Part shown: piece after piece, positions 29,370 through 39,313 of the stretch
Numbering within the stretch: position 1 is the stretch's first letter
Layout: each line of letters opens with the position of its first letter
Assembly (NCBI GenBank): GCA_022450595.1
Contig: JAKUPT010000006.1
Location: 5,319 to 69,318, forward strand
DNA length: 64,000 nucleotides
Direction: 5' to 3'
Source: Bdellovibrionales bacterium
GTDB taxonomy: Bacteria; Bdellovibrionota; Bdellovibrionia; Bdellovibrionales; UBA1609
The notes under the pieces: generated by a model
What the model saw: only the letters and a program-made list of their open reading frames with translations
Databases searched by the model: none
Told to the model about the DNA's origin: nothing
Program-made: the position numbers and the translations under genes

Positions 29370-32237
29370 ATGAGCTCTAAAAAACAGTGGATTATTAAAT
29401 TACAAGACGGCCGCATTCGTGGGCCTATAGAAACAAAAAAAGTTTTAGAGCTTATTCAAGAAGGACTTTTAACGGGTGAAGAGAGTATTTCTGTTTATCC
29501 GGGCTCGGATTGGTTTCCTATCACTCATGATCCAGAGTTTTACGATCAACTGCTTCAGGCTTTAACAGATCAACAAAATCAAAAGCAAGAAGAGCAAACC
29601 TCCGACTCAGGCTTTGAGGTCAAAACTTTTGTAGGAGACATTGATATTGATGAAGATGAAGAGGCTACAGATCCTTTTATTGACAGTGATCAGTCCACGG
29701 AAGCCTTTGAATCTTTTAATACCACCGGACGACAAACTCACAGTCAGAATAAAACAAAAACCTCCACAAGAACGGATCACAAAAAAACAAAAGTAGAAGA
29801 AGACAGTGACGAAGACACCATTGAGCTGATGGATGTTAAAAAAGCGAAGAATAAAACAAAAAAACAAAAAGCTTTTTTGCCAATCATTGCAGGCTTTGTA
29901 GTATTGATTTTAATCTTTTTGTTATGGCCTACAAATAAAGACTCATTAGGTGTTCGCATTCGACTGCAACTGCCGGACACATCGGCACAAGCCAATAACA
30001 GTGTAAACACAAAGGCCCTTTTAGATTCTGCGGTCAAAAGCTTTTTAGCCGACACATTTGAAGGCTATCGTCAGGCCCAGAATAATTTTGTATCTTTACT
30101 AAGTGCAGACAGTTTGAATGGAGAGGCCTGGTCTTTGTTATGTATTACCTACTATGAGCTTTGGCCCTATGCCTATCAAGACAATCAAGATCAAAAAGTT
30201 ATAAAACTTGCGAACCAAAAAGTTTCAGCATTAATAGGTCAGAACAATTACTCTTTAACATGTAAGGTTGTGGACTTAATGGTGCGCGGACGATGGGACG
30301 AAGCCAAAAGCATTACTGATTCAATTTTAAACTCAGGTTTTGATGGAACGCCACCGGTGCTTTTTTATTATTTAAAAGCCCACCAAATGAAGATGAGCAA
30401 AGAGTATGATTCTGGAATTGGGTACGCAAAAACCGCTCAACGTACCTGGCCCCAGTGGATAGCACTTTTTAGAGTGGAGGCTCAGTTGGTGCAAGAAAAA
30501 GGTGATTTGTCTAAAGCTTACAATTTGTATTCAAAAATTATTCAGGCCAATCCTTCTCACAAGCTCTCACATATTGAAAATGGAGTTATTTTACAAAAGC
30601 ATTTTAATCAACTAACAAAAGCTAAAGAACAGTTGATCTCAGCAATTGCAATGCCCGGCCAGGTTTCAAACCAACTGACTTCAAAGGCGTATTACACTCT
30701 TGCTGAAATTGCTTACCGTCAAAATCAAAAAGACGAAGCTTATGAGTTTGCTAAAAAAGCTTTTGCCTACAATCCAACAAATGTGGACGTGCAAAACTTT
30801 TTAAGAACACTGGGGGCCACCAAAGAACTTAACGCCAAGCAAGTAGATGTGAGACAACTGATTTCACAAGGAGATCAATTGTTTAGAGAGAATGAATACT
30901 CTTATGCAAAAGCGATGTACGACGAAGCTTTTAGACTTGACCCCAAAAATGGAGTGGCGGCCCTTAAGGCCGCAAAAAGCTTATGGCAATTGTCTCAAAC
31001 AAAAGAAGCCATTGAATGGCTAAACAAATCTATCATTGCCGACCCAAGATTGATTGAGTCCTATGTGACACTTGCCATGTATCATGCCTATGATTATCGA
31101 TTTGCTGAGGCTCAAAATGTTTTAATGAAAGCCAAAGCTATGAATCCGGAAAGTTTTGAGGTCATGCGAGGTTTCGCACAAATGGAACTTATCAGGCGTT
31201 CTTTTAAAACAGCGATTAGTTATGCTCAAAAGGCCATTGCAATAAACAATACCGATGTGGAAAGTTATATTATTTTAGCTAAAGCTTATATGGAAAATGA
31301 AGAGTATGAAAAGGCTTTTGAATCAGCGTCCAAAGCAAGAGAGATGGACGTTAACGATATTGATGCACAAATCATGTACTCTAAAACATTAGCGGGGCTT
31401 CAGGGCACAGACGCCGCACTTCAAAACATTGTTGAAAAGATTCAGGTCTTTCCATTTATTGTAGAGTACCGATTGGCACTGGCTGAATTGCAAATGGCCG
31501 TGGAAAGATATAATGAAGCAGAGCAAACACTGACTCAAATTATCAACATTGATGCAAAAAACAAAAAAGCCCTTATTCTTTTAGGAAGAACATATAGAAA
31601 TCAGCTGGAATTAAAGAAAAGTTTAAACGCATTTTTAAGAGCCTCAGTGGTCGACCCAGCCGATGTGACCCCACAGTTTGAAACAGGATTGTTGTATTTA
31701 ATGGTTAAAAAACCTCAACAAGCGATACAGCAATTTAAAAACGTGATCACTTTAAACGAAAGATTTCCTTTAGCTCACTACTATTTAGGTAAGGCCTTTA
31801 TAGAGGTGGGAAGTTATAAGCCGGCACTAGAGCAGGCCGAAAAAGAACGTATGTACAACCCCAATATGTCCGAGCCCTATGAGTTGATGGCTGAGGCGCA
31901 TTTAAAAATGAGAGAGTTTAACGCCTGTGCCAAGGCCTATCAGGAGGCCATATCCAGACAGCCTGAGGGTGTCGACAAATATATCAAGGCAGCTAAATGT
32001 TATAGATTAGCCAATAATTTAACTACGGCCGAGCAAATGTTAAATGAGGCAGCAAGGCGTGAATCTGGAAACTCTGAAATATATAAAGAACAAGGTGCCA
32101 TTTATGAAATGAAAGGTGAAGCAGAAGATGCTATATATGCCTATAAGCAATACCTACTGTTGGACCCGGGAGCTAATGACCGTGCAGGCATTGAGCGACG
32201 TATAGAGGCTTTAGGTGGAGCCCCCAATGAGTATTAA
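29370..32237 (+). CDS. GYF_2-domain / single-TM / multi-TPR protein
   Basis: N-terminal WIIKLQDGRIRGPI..L..G....S.YPGSDWFPI (GYF_2/DUF4339-like), an acidic linker, TM FLPIIAGFVVLILIFLLW, then about 700 aa of TPR-like repeats. Confidence 0.7.
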   Translation: MSSKKQWIIKLQDGRIRGPIETKKVLELIQEGLLTGEESISVYPGSDWFPITHDPEFYDQLLQALTDQQNQKQEEQTSDSGFEVKTFVGDIDIDEDEEATDPFIDSDQSTEAFESFNTTGRQTHSQNKTKTSTRTDHKKTKVEEDSDEDTIELMDVKKAKNKTKKQKAFLPIIAGFVVLILIFLLWPTNKDSLGVRIRLQLPDTSAQANNSVNTKALLDSAVKSFLADTFEGYRQAQNNFVSLLSADSLNGEAWSLLCITYYELWPYAYQDNQDQKVIKLANQKVSALIGQNNYSLTCKVVDLMVRGRWDEAKSITDSILNSGFDGTPPVLFYYLKAHQMKMSKEYDSGIGYAKTAQRTWPQWIALFRVEAQLVQEKGDLSKAYNLYSKIIQANPSHKLSHIENGVILQKHFNQLTKAKEQLISAIAMPGQVSNQLTSKAYYTLAEIAYRQNQKDEAYEFAKKAFAYNPTNVDVQNFLRTLGATKELNAKQVDVRQLISQGDQLFRENEYSYAKAMYDEAFRLDPKNGVAALKAAKSLWQLSQTKEAIEWLNKSIIADPRLIESYVTLAMYHAYDYRFAEAQNVLMKAKAMNPESFEVMRGFAQMELIRRSFKTAISYAQKAIAINNTDVESYIILAKAYMENEEYEKAFESASKAREMDVNDIDAQIMYSKTLAGLQGTDAALQNIVEKIQVFPFIVEYRLALAELQMAVERYNEAEQTLTQIINIDAKNKKALILLGRTYRNQLELKKSLNAFLRASVVDPADVTPQFETGLLYLMVKKPQQAIQQFKNVITLNERFPLAHYYLGKAFIEVGSYKPALEQAEKERMYNPNMSEPYELMAEAHLKMREFNACAKAYQEAISRQPEGVDKYIKAAKCYRLANNLTTAEQMLNEAARRESGNSEIYKEQGAIYEMKGEAEDAIYAYKQYLLLDPGANDRAGIERRIEALGGAPNEY

Positions 32238-32257
32238 CAACAAGGAGACGCAAGCTT

Positions 32258-32566
32258 ATGGCTGGCAACATTGATCATTTATTAACGAACGCTCAAGACA
32301 AAGCTAAACGCTCATCCATGAGTGCAATGACTTTGTTTTTAAAACTCATATCAGGGTTAATATTGGGCCTTACCTTTTCTTTAATAGGTGAGGTGATTTT
32401 CGAGTATGGCACCTTCTTATTTTTCTTTGTGATTGTACTGTTTACAGGAATCTTTTGGAAAGTGGCGAAGTCGTGGACTTTTTGGCGAATAATTGTTTTT
32501 GATGTGATTTGTATTCTCGTGGGAACTATTTTAAAGATGTATATTGATATAGCTCCGGGCGCATAA
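32258..32566 (+). CDS. Small integral membrane protein
   Basis: 102 aa with three hydrophobic helices. Tightly follows the TPR gene. Confidence 0.5.
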   Translation: MAGNIDHLLTNAQDKAKRSSMSAMTLFLKLISGLILGLTFSLIGEVIFEYGTFLFFFVIVLFTGIFWKVAKSWTFWRIIVFDVICILVGTILKMYIDIAPGA

Positions 32567-32582
32567 AACAAGGAATTTATAA

Positions 32583-33872
32583 ATGTTAGACATTAAAGCT
32601 TTAGAAAAAAACGAAGATAACTATTTAGAAAATTATAAAAAGTCTTTACAGATGCGTGGTGCAGATCCTGCTGTTTTAGATCAAGCCCTTGAGATCAACA
32701 AACAACGAAAGTCTTCTCTGACAGAAGCTGAAAACCTAAAAGCTGAACAGAACAAAGTGGGTAAAGAAATTGCCCTTAAAAATAAAAACAAAGAAGACAG
32801 CTCTGATTTGTTGAAGCAAATGGGTGAAATATCCAAAAAAGCCAAAGAGTTAAATCAAAAAGCCTCAGACGCTGAAGAAGAACTCAATCAGCTGTTAGCC
32901 ACAATACCAAACAAGCTTCACAAAGACACCCCTGAGGGGAACTCAGAAGAAGACAACCAGCATGTTCGAAGCTGGGGTGAGCCCAAGACTTTCGATTTTG
33001 AAGTTAAAGATCACTCTGATTTGGGTGAAGCCTTAGGTGTTTTAGATTTTGAAAGAGCCTCAAAAGTCACTGGTGCCAGATTTACTTTTTTAAAAGGAGC
33101 TGCCAGTCGTATGGAGCGGGCTTTAATTCAGTTTATGATGGACACTCATGTGGATGAACATGGCTACGAGGAAATGATTCCTCCTTTTATTGTAAACTCA
33201 AAAAGCTTGTATGGAACTTCTCAGCTGCCAAAATTTAAAGAAGATTTATTTCACTTAGAGGGAACGGACTATTTTTTAATTCCTACAGCCGAAGTTCCAG
33301 TGACCAACTATTATGCTGGTGAAATTTTATCTGAATCCGATTTGCCGCAAAAGTTTTGTGCTTATACTCCGTGCTTTAGATCCGAAGCTGGAAGCTACGG
33401 AAGAGACACCAAAGGGCTGATTCGTCAACACCAGTTCGACAAGGTGGAATTGATGGTGTTTGCTCACCCAGATAACTCTTATGAGCTGCATGAACAGCTG
33501 ACGGCTCATGCAGAAAAGATACTACAAAAGCTAGAGCTACCTTATCGGGTGATGGCTTTGTGTGCTGGTGACATCGGTTTTGGAGCTAGCAAATGCTATG
33601 ACATTGAAGTGTGGCTTCCTGAGCAAAAAACTTATCGAGAGATCAGCTCTTGCTCAAACTTTGAAGACTTTCAAGCTCGCCGCGCAGGAATAAGGTTTAA
33701 ATCTGGCTCTAATAAGCCGCAATATGTGCACACCTTAAATGGCTCAGGCCTTGCGGTAGGAAGAACACTGCTTGCCATATTTGAAAACTATCAGCAGCAA
33801 GACGGCAGCATAAAAGTCCCTAAAGCCCTACAAAGCTATATGGGCGGCCTGCAAGTGATTCGCCCCAAATAA
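32583..33872 (+). CDS. serS: Seryl-tRNA synthetase
   Basis: N-terminal coiled-coil arm and class II motifs ([17 protein letters not shown]). 429 aa. Confidence 0.95.
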   Translation: MLDIKALEKNEDNYLENYKKSLQMRGADPAVLDQALEINKQRKSSLTEAENLKAEQNKVGKEIALKNKNKEDSSDLLKQMGEISKKAKELNQKASDAEEELNQLLATIPNKLHKDTPEGNSEEDNQHVRSWGEPKTFDFEVKDHSDLGEALGVLDFERASKVTGARFTFLKGAASRMERALIQFMMDTHVDEHGYEEMIPPFIVNSKSLYGTSQLPKFKEDLFHLEGTDYFLIPTAEVPVTNYYAGEILSESDLPQKFCAYTPCFRSEAGSYGRDTKGLIRQHQFDKVELMVFAHPDNSYELHEQLTAHAEKILQKLELPYRVMALCAGDIGFGASKCYDIEVWLPEQKTYREISSCSNFEDFQARRAGIRFKSGSNKPQYVHTLNGSGLAVGRTLLAIFENYQQQDGSIKVPKALQSYMGGLQVIRPK

Positions 33873-33987
33873 TTAAAAACTCTGGGCTTTTACTTTTTTA
33901 TTAGCTAATTGAATCAATACTTGCCAAAACCATATGAAATCAGTAGGTTGTGTAACTCTTAAACAGTTCAACCAGAACTTCTTATGC

Positions 33988-34077
33988 GGAGAGGTGGCAG
34001 AGCGGTTGAATGCACCGGTCTTGAAAACCGGCGAACCTTTGCGGGTTCCGTGAGTTCGAATCTCACCCTCTCCGCCA
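33988..34077 (+). tRNA. tRNA-Ser (anticodon UGA), CCA encoded
   Basis: GGAGAGG acceptor pairs with CCTCTCC. Anticodon stem CCGGT/ACCGG has loop CTTGAAA. It has a long variable arm cgaacctttgcgggttccg, T-arm GTGAG-TTCGAAT-CTCAC and a terminal GCCA. Confidence 0.93.
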
Positions 34078-34152
34078 ATTTTGCTCAAGCAAAATTGGCC
34101 CGCCGAAGCCTTGGCGAAGACGGCCCCCAAGTTCAAATTTTGATTTCATAAA

Positions 34153-34446
34153 CTACGAAACTTTCTTTTTTTCTTTATGCTCCTGCAAAGCCACCCATAG
34201 ATCATGCTGACTTTGTAAGTTCATCCAAAACTGAGGTGTATTTGAGAAGGCGTCAGCTAGGGATAGAGCGACCTCTGGGGAAACTCCTCTTTTACCATTA
34301 ACAATTTCATTAACTTTTGCATAGGTCCATCCCATATGTTTAGCGAAGCTCTGCTGAGTGAGATTAAGGGGCTTCAAAAATTCTTCTAACAACATCTCCC
34401 CTGGGTGTGTGGGCTTTCGGTTTTTAGGTAACATTTTATCCTCCAA
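34153..34446 (-). CDS. higA: HigA-family antitoxin (XRE HTH)
   Basis: HPGEMLLEEFLKPLNLTQQSFAKHMGWTYAKVNEIVNGKRGVSPEVALSLADAF is the classic HigA pattern. It starts 3 nt after higB. Confidence 0.9.
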   Translation of the reverse strand: MEDKMLPKNRKPTHPGEMLLEEFLKPLNLTQQSFAKHMGWTYAKVNEIVNGKRGVSPEVALSLADAFSNTPQFWMNLQSQHDLWVALQEHKEKKKVS

Positions 34447-34449
34447 ACT

Positions 34450-34743
34450 TTATCTATGATAATCCATGATCTGAACTTCTTCTGGACCAGCATTTGACCA
34501 CCTGAAAACTACTCTCCACTGATCGTTGATCCGAATACTATGAAAACCTTTAAGGTCTCCTCTCAGAGGCTCAAGCCTATTACTCGGTGGAACCTTCAAA
34601 TCAACCAACTTTGATGCAGTATTCAGTTGGTCAAGTTTTCTTACTGCAGCCGCATGTAATTCATTAGACAGTTTTCTAGAAAATCTACTACTAGTGCCAT
34701 GAAATATGTCTCTTGCTGTCTTATCACCAAAGCTACAAATCAT
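34450..34743 (-). CDS. higB: HigB-family toxin (RelE/ParE superfamily, 'plasmid maintenance system killer')
   Basis: FGDKTARDIFHG...LEPLRGDLKGFHSIRINDQWRVVFRW matches the HigB pattern. The toxin-first order is typical of higBA. Confidence 0.88.
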   Translation of the reverse strand: MICSFGDKTARDIFHGTSSRFSRKLSNELHAAAVRKLDQLNTASKLVDLKVPPSNRLEPLRGDLKGFHSIRINDQWRVVFRWSNAGPEEVQIMDYHR

Positions 34744-34758
34744 ACGCTTAATATATCG

Positions 34759-34770
34759 TATATCGATATA
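34759..34770. promoter_or_regulatory. Perfect 12-bp palindrome TATATCGATATA, candidate HigBA operator
   Basis: Lies 16 bp upstream of the higB start, flanked by a further atatatcg half-site at 34751-34758. Confidence 0.5.
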
Positions 34771-34928
34771 TATGTCAAGTAGGGTTGGCCTTCATCTGAG
34801 TATGGAAAAACCAGCCTGGAGTTACCCTGAGTGACCACTTAACCTATTGAAATCATACAACTGCCGACCAATCCGCCACTTGTTTCTTTGTTACATATAG
34901 AAAATCTCAAAAAAAATAAAAAGTTTAT

Positions 34929-35162
34929 GTGAATGGTAAAAACAGTTTGAAGACTCAGAGTCTGGAGAGCCCGGCTTTTGATAGATCTCATGATATTTAC
35001 CATTTTCAGAGTGTTTGTAAGTTGGCTGAAAGAATGTGTGAGGAGGATGAGGACTTTATGGGCTATTGGGGTGGCTGGAGCTTTTATGTGGCAGGTTTAA
35101 TGAGAACCAAACATTTTTGTTCTGAAGATCCTTTTGCAAAAAGAACACAATTTAGATGTTAA
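34929..35162 (+). CDS. Doubtful hypothetical ORF
   Basis: 77-codon ORF with a GTG start, no clear SD and no motif. Confidence 0.2.
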   Translation: MNGKNSLKTQSLESPAFDRSHDIYHFQSVCKLAERMCEEDEDFMGYWGGWSFYVAGLMRTKHFCSEDPFAKRTQFRC

Positions 35163-35266
35163 AACTTAAGCCTTAGATCATTTTCAAGAAAAGCTTTTAA
35201 AATTATCATCTGCAATGAAAACAAAAATTGAAGTAAATAAGCGCGCTCAGGCACTTAAAATATTTT

Positions 35267-35294
35267 CAGCTCATCATAATGATGAGCTGTTTTT
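35267..35294. terminator. Rho-independent terminator
   Basis: cagctcatc (35267-35275) pairs with gatgagctg (35281-35289) and is followed by T5. It abuts the stop of the minus-strand gene at 35300. Confidence 0.7.
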
Positions 35295-35299
35295 AAAAA

Positions 35300-35761
35300 T
35301 TACTGACATTGAATAAGAACGTCACTGGTTGTTTCGTAAAAAAACACGCCACGCTCTTCATAGGTTAGACGCAATACTTTAGAGTCTTTATAGTATGTGC
35401 CAGTAGAGATTGGCTCATCGCCACCATTGTATTGATAACGCATTCTAAGTACGGATTCGTCTTCTTTGCAAACATCACTTATTATAGACTTATATGGATG
35501 AAAAACACATCCTGTTTTTAATGCCATAGTATTTCCATGACCTTCAAATTTTACGTAGCCAAAAGGGCTGTGTTCCACCTGATATCCTCTTTCTGACATA
35601 GTCAGCTTTACTTTTGCAGACAAAATAGTGTCTGTTGCTGCATTATCAACATTAGATGAAATGACTTCGTCACAAATAGCAACAGTTTGTTTTTGGATGT
35701 TGTTGTTACCAAAAACAAAAGGTGTGAATAAGATGATAGAAATTAGAAGATTCATTTTCAT
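35300..35761 (-). CDS. Hypothetical secreted protein (4 Cys)
   Basis: Signal peptide MKMNLLISIILFTPFVFG. 153 aa, no motif recognised. Confidence 0.55.
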   Translation of the reverse strand: MKMNLLISIILFTPFVFGNNNIQKQTVAICDEVISSNVDNAATDTILSAKVKLTMSERGYQVEHSPFGYVKFEGHGNTMALKTGCVFHPYKSIISDVCKEDESVLRMRYQYNGGDEPISTGTYYKDSKVLRLTYEERGVFFYETTSDVLIQCQ

Positions 35762-36306
35762 ATATAAGCTCCCTTCAAACTAGAGGTGTTTATAACACAA
35801 GAACTTAAGATGCCTATGAATTACTATAAAAGAAGGGAGATAAAGTAAATATTATATTAAAATAAAAAATATTAAATGAATTATTTTACAATTTGTACAC
35901 AATCCTCCTCTCGAGTCTACCTCCAAATTTAAAAATTTTACCATTTTTTTATACATATTTAATTTTGTCGATAGCACGCTATAGGTTAAATCAATAATTC
36001 AAGAGGCTTAGGCCTTTTGATGTTAAAATTGATTATAGTGCTAGACTGTGGCCAATAAGATCAATTTAAAAACCCCAAAAATGTCCTAAGATCGGCTCCA
36101 ATCCTTGTTTTGCTTGACTTGCTGTAGGTGCAATTTCTTAACCATATATATATAAAAGAGGAGGACTGAGCTGGGGTGGTTCAAAAAAATGAAATGTGTG
36201 TGAGCGTGAAGATTGTAAGTATGTAATTATTTACACATAAGCTTAAGGGTTTTTTAAATTAAAAACATCTGATTGTGCGAAAATGATAAAAAATAAAGGA
36301 GAAAGA

Positions 36307-36462
36307 ATGTCTAAGAAAAATCCAAAAAACAAAATTCAAGATGAGAGCCCAGAAAAAAATATAAAAAATGGACATAAAGTCGATCACGAAACTGCGGATA
36401 AACATTCAAAAAGTGATATCATTGAGCAAAGAGAAAACAGACAGCCAAGAGACAATACCTAA
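36307..36462 (+). CDS. Possible 51-aa highly charged small protein
   Basis: Below the ORF-track size cut-off. AAGGAG lies 5 nt upstream of the ATG. The product is MSKKNPKNKIQDESPEKNIKNGHKVDHETADKHSKSDIIEQRENRQPRDNT. Confidence 0.4.
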   Translation: MSKKNPKNKIQDESPEKNIKNGHKVDHETADKHSKSDIIEQRENRQPRDNT

Positions 36463-36473
36463 TAATAAAACCA

Positions 36474-37472
36474 CTATATTAAAGCCAGTAGGCCAAAAAT
36501 ATACAGGCCTCCAATAACCCATGTCTCTATTCCAATATTAGCGAGGCCTGATTTTTCACGTCGGATCAATCCTAGCACCAAAGTAGTGTTCATGATTATG
36601 GTGAGAAGTATTAAATATTTATGATCTGATGTGAAAACATGAAATAAAGAGCCATCTCTATAGGCAAAGTCTGAAAAACTTAAAAATAAAATATCAAAAG
36701 TATTACCACCAACAATTGTACTCACCGCCATGGTCAGAGCCCCTCTTTTAACAGCCGCTAATGATATAATGAGTTCGGGCAGAGATGTTGAAATTGCAGT
36801 AAAATATGTACCGAGTAAATAGTGGGAAAGGCCAAATTGTGAGGCCAGCTTTACCCCAAACTTTTCAATACTATAACCGGCAAAAGCCATTATAACGAGC
36901 AAGACAACAAAACTGATCCAAAGCTTGTAGGTTTCTTTATCATTGAGTTTTTCTTCATCAGGAATATCTGTTTTAGTCTCTTTAGTATTTTTGGGAAACC
37001 ACATCGGGTTTTTTTGTGCGAGTTTTATATATTTAAGCCCTAATAAGTATAAAACTATAATTAAAAAAGAAACTGGATGGGCGCCAAAAAATACAAGTTC
37101 TGGTAAATTTTCAGGAATTAAAGATATGGCGAGCAAAGATATCAGTAATATTCCAAACATGATGTTTGTTTTTGAGGCGGCAGCATGTTCTAGATTTGAA
37201 TTTCGATATAGAATATCAGCAATGCATAGAAAAAACGTTTGTGCAGCGATGCCCCCAACAGCATTGCCAATAGCGAGGTCTGTATGACCATTATAAGCAG
37301 AAACAACAGACAAAACTGTGCCAGAAATTGAAGTAACTGCACCGAGGAAAACACCACCAAAAACAGCTTCGCCGATACCAGTTCTATCTGCCAAGCGATC
37401 TGAGATTTGAGAGAGTTTTGTTCCTGATAGTGCAATAACAACAGCCATCAGTAGAAATAAAATTACAATCAT
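36474..37472 (-). CDS. Ca2+/cation antiporter (CaCA, YrbG-like) family membrane protein
   Basis: About 10 TM segments. Two alpha-repeat-like motifs (IGNAVGGIAAQT and VGGNTFDILF) are separated by a hydrophilic loop. The ATG at 37472 is preferred over the TTG at 37478. Confidence 0.6.
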   Translation of the reverse strand: MIVILFLLMAVVIALSGTKLSQISDRLADRTGIGEAVFGGVFLGAVTSISGTVLSVVSAYNGHTDLAIGNAVGGIAAQTFFLCIADILYRNSNLEHAAASKTNIMFGILLISLLAISLIPENLPELVFFGAHPVSFLIIVLYLLGLKYIKLAQKNPMWFPKNTKETKTDIPDEEKLNDKETYKLWISFVVLLVIMAFAGYSIEKFGVKLASQFGLSHYLLGTYFTAISTSLPELIISLAAVKRGALTMAVSTIVGGNTFDILFLSFSDFAYRDGSLFHVFTSDHKYLILLTIIMNTTLVLGLIRREKSGLANIGIETWVIGGLYIFGLLALI

Positions 37473-37652
37473 ATGCAAACCATAAAAATTATTCTTTTAA
37501 ACTATAACATATATAGAAATAAATTGTTTATTAACTGTTGATTAAAAAACTGAAACGGTCATATCAATTGATTGCAAAACTTTAGAATGACAGAAGTTAT
37601 TCATATGAACTCAGCGCGGTGAGACGCCATCAATTTTCTTTTTAAGAAAGAT

Positions 37653-38030
37653 TTACCTAAAAGCACCTTCAATAGCTCGAAAGTTGTCATTCACGCAGTA
37701 CTCATAGCTAACAGAAACTTCGCTTCCAAAGTTTTGGCAGTGTCTTAGGCGAAGATTAAGTATAAATTCAATTTTTGAAAAATTAGATTTATGGCAATTC
37801 ACAACCCTTTGGCTCATTGAATAAGCGGTAGGACATCTATTTAGCCGCTCATTTTCGAGTTCATAATCAATAGTTCTAAAGTTACTGTTCATGCATCTGG
37901 TAAATATTCTAGCGTCTTGTTGGGTGCCATGAGTTTTACAGCGTTTTAGATAAATGTTTTGCGAACTAAATTGTGCAAGTGATGGGATTGAAAGACAAAA
38001 AATAGAGAAAACTAATAATATTTTTTTCAT
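37653..38030 (-). CDS. Small secreted Cys-rich protein with three internal repeats
   Basis: The start at 38030 gives MKKILLVFSIFCLSIPSLA. Three modules of about 30 aa each carry C..(x)..C.N..NF..I(D/E): RCMNSNFRTIDYE, NCHKSNFSKIEFI and YCVNDNFRAIEGA. Confidence 0.55.
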   Translation of the reverse strand: MKKILLVFSIFCLSIPSLAQFSSQNIYLKRCKTHGTQQDARIFTRCMNSNFRTIDYELENERLNRCPTAYSMSQRVVNCHKSNFSKIEFILNLRLRHCQNFGSEVSVSYEYCVNDNFRAIEGAFR

Positions 38031-38146
38031 AACCGCTCCTTGGTCTATATCTAATTCTAGATGGGATGAGCTCAGAGTCAAGTGAGGGTCCAAAATCAAA
38101 TAGCTTTAAAAATGACAACTAAAATGGATTAAAAACAGAATTCAAG

Positions 38147-39076
38147 TTAAAATCTATAATGAAACATAAAGGCCGTCTTTAACGTTAAAGAGTCTATTTG
38201 TTCTTTAGTTTCAAGCCGTGAGGAGCTGTTGTCGGACAACACCTCCAAGCCTACTTTGTATCTCTGTGTGTTCCATCCGAGGGCAATTTTGATGGCGCCA
38301 CTTGCAAAATCAAAATTGTCTTTTTCATCACTAGTGCCATCTTCATAACTGAAAGCAAACTTTTGAAGACTTGGGAGTAACAAAACAGTCAGGTTGGTGT
38401 AGAAGCTGCCAAAGATCAAATTATAACCATAGCCAGGACCTAGTGAAATTAAAATGTTACTATGTCTATTTAGTGAATTCAGCTTTCCGTAATCATTTGT
38501 GGTGGTTGAGGGGATTATGGCTTCATTTCCATTTTTAAGAGTGGTGTGGGTGATATTAGCTTGCAATAGCCAAGAGCCCCCACTTTGGGTTTGCAATTTA
38601 TCTATAGAATAAGGGTGGTTTAAACTAAAATTATTAGAATCAAAGGTGTAGGTGAAAGAGCTAAAATGTTTAGTCGATTCTAAATTGGGGCGTTTGATGT
38701 TATTTTCTCCATTTACAACATCATTTGAGTTTTTAATAAAATACCCCTGATACTTTTGGTAAAAGGCTTCAATTAATAAATTGTCATAATAAAGACGGAA
38801 CTGGTAATCATCATAACTTGAAACACCATCAAACTCAGGGTTCGTAAGTTCTTCTTGTTTGAAACCATAACTGATCCCTAGGTGGCCATAGTTTAAACTC
38901 ACAATAGTTTGATTGTTCACATTAGGCTCAAGCTCCACTTTATTGCCACTTGGACCGATCAGGCTCACAGTGAGTTTTGGCGCTCCAAAACCTAAACCTA
39001 CTGTCAGTTTATCAGTAGGCAAGTCTTTAACTGAGGCCATGGCAGAAAAAGCAGATAAAAATAAATATAAAATCAT
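38147..39076 (-). CDS. Putative outer-membrane beta-barrel protein
   Basis: Signal peptide, alternating hydrophobic strands rich in G/Y/N/S, and a C-terminal ...AFMFHYRF with terminal Phe. Confidence 0.55.
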   Translation of the reverse strand: MILYLFLSAFSAMASVKDLPTDKLTVGLGFGAPKLTVSLIGPSGNKVELEPNVNNQTIVSLNYGHLGISYGFKQEELTNPEFDGVSSYDDYQFRLYYDNLLIEAFYQKYQGYFIKNSNDVVNGENNIKRPNLESTKHFSSFTYTFDSNNFSLNHPYSIDKLQTQSGGSWLLQANITHTTLKNGNEAIIPSTTTNDYGKLNSLNRHSNILISLGPGYGYNLIFGSFYTNLTVLLLPSLQKFAFSYEDGTSDEKDNFDFASGAIKIALGWNTQRYKVGLEVLSDNSSSRLETKEQIDSLTLKTAFMFHYRF

Positions 39077-39313
39077 ATTAAGATTTTGCTTTAAAAAAGT
39101 TGGCAGAACAAGTTTATATTCTTTTATAGATAAGACTTAAGTCTTTTGTTAATTCATAAAACAAGTCCTTGATTAAAGAAAAGTATTCAATTTTTTTAGA
39201 TTAAAAGTTTTAACAAACAAAATGTATATAAGTTGAATTTATGACCTAAATACAGTTTTCAAGACTGAAAGCTATAACTGCATTTTCGAGCATTATTCTA
39301 TATATTTTTAAAT

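Noticed and set aside
33873-34136. 87-aa minus-strand ORF after serS
   Set aside because: It is the antisense translation of tRNA-Ser. The GEGEIRTHG string is the classic signature of a tRNA read as protein.
35215-35313. 32-codon + strand mini-ORF (MKTKIEVNKRAQALKIFSAHHNDELFLKITDIE)
   Set aside because: It has no SD and runs through the terminator hairpin at 35267-35294, so it is most likely fortuitous.
36943-37441. ORFs 36943..37287 (+) and 37190..37441 (-) overlapping the antiporter gene
   Set aside because: They are shadow or alternative-frame ORFs within the 36474..37472 membrane-protein gene, which has a coherent TM pattern.
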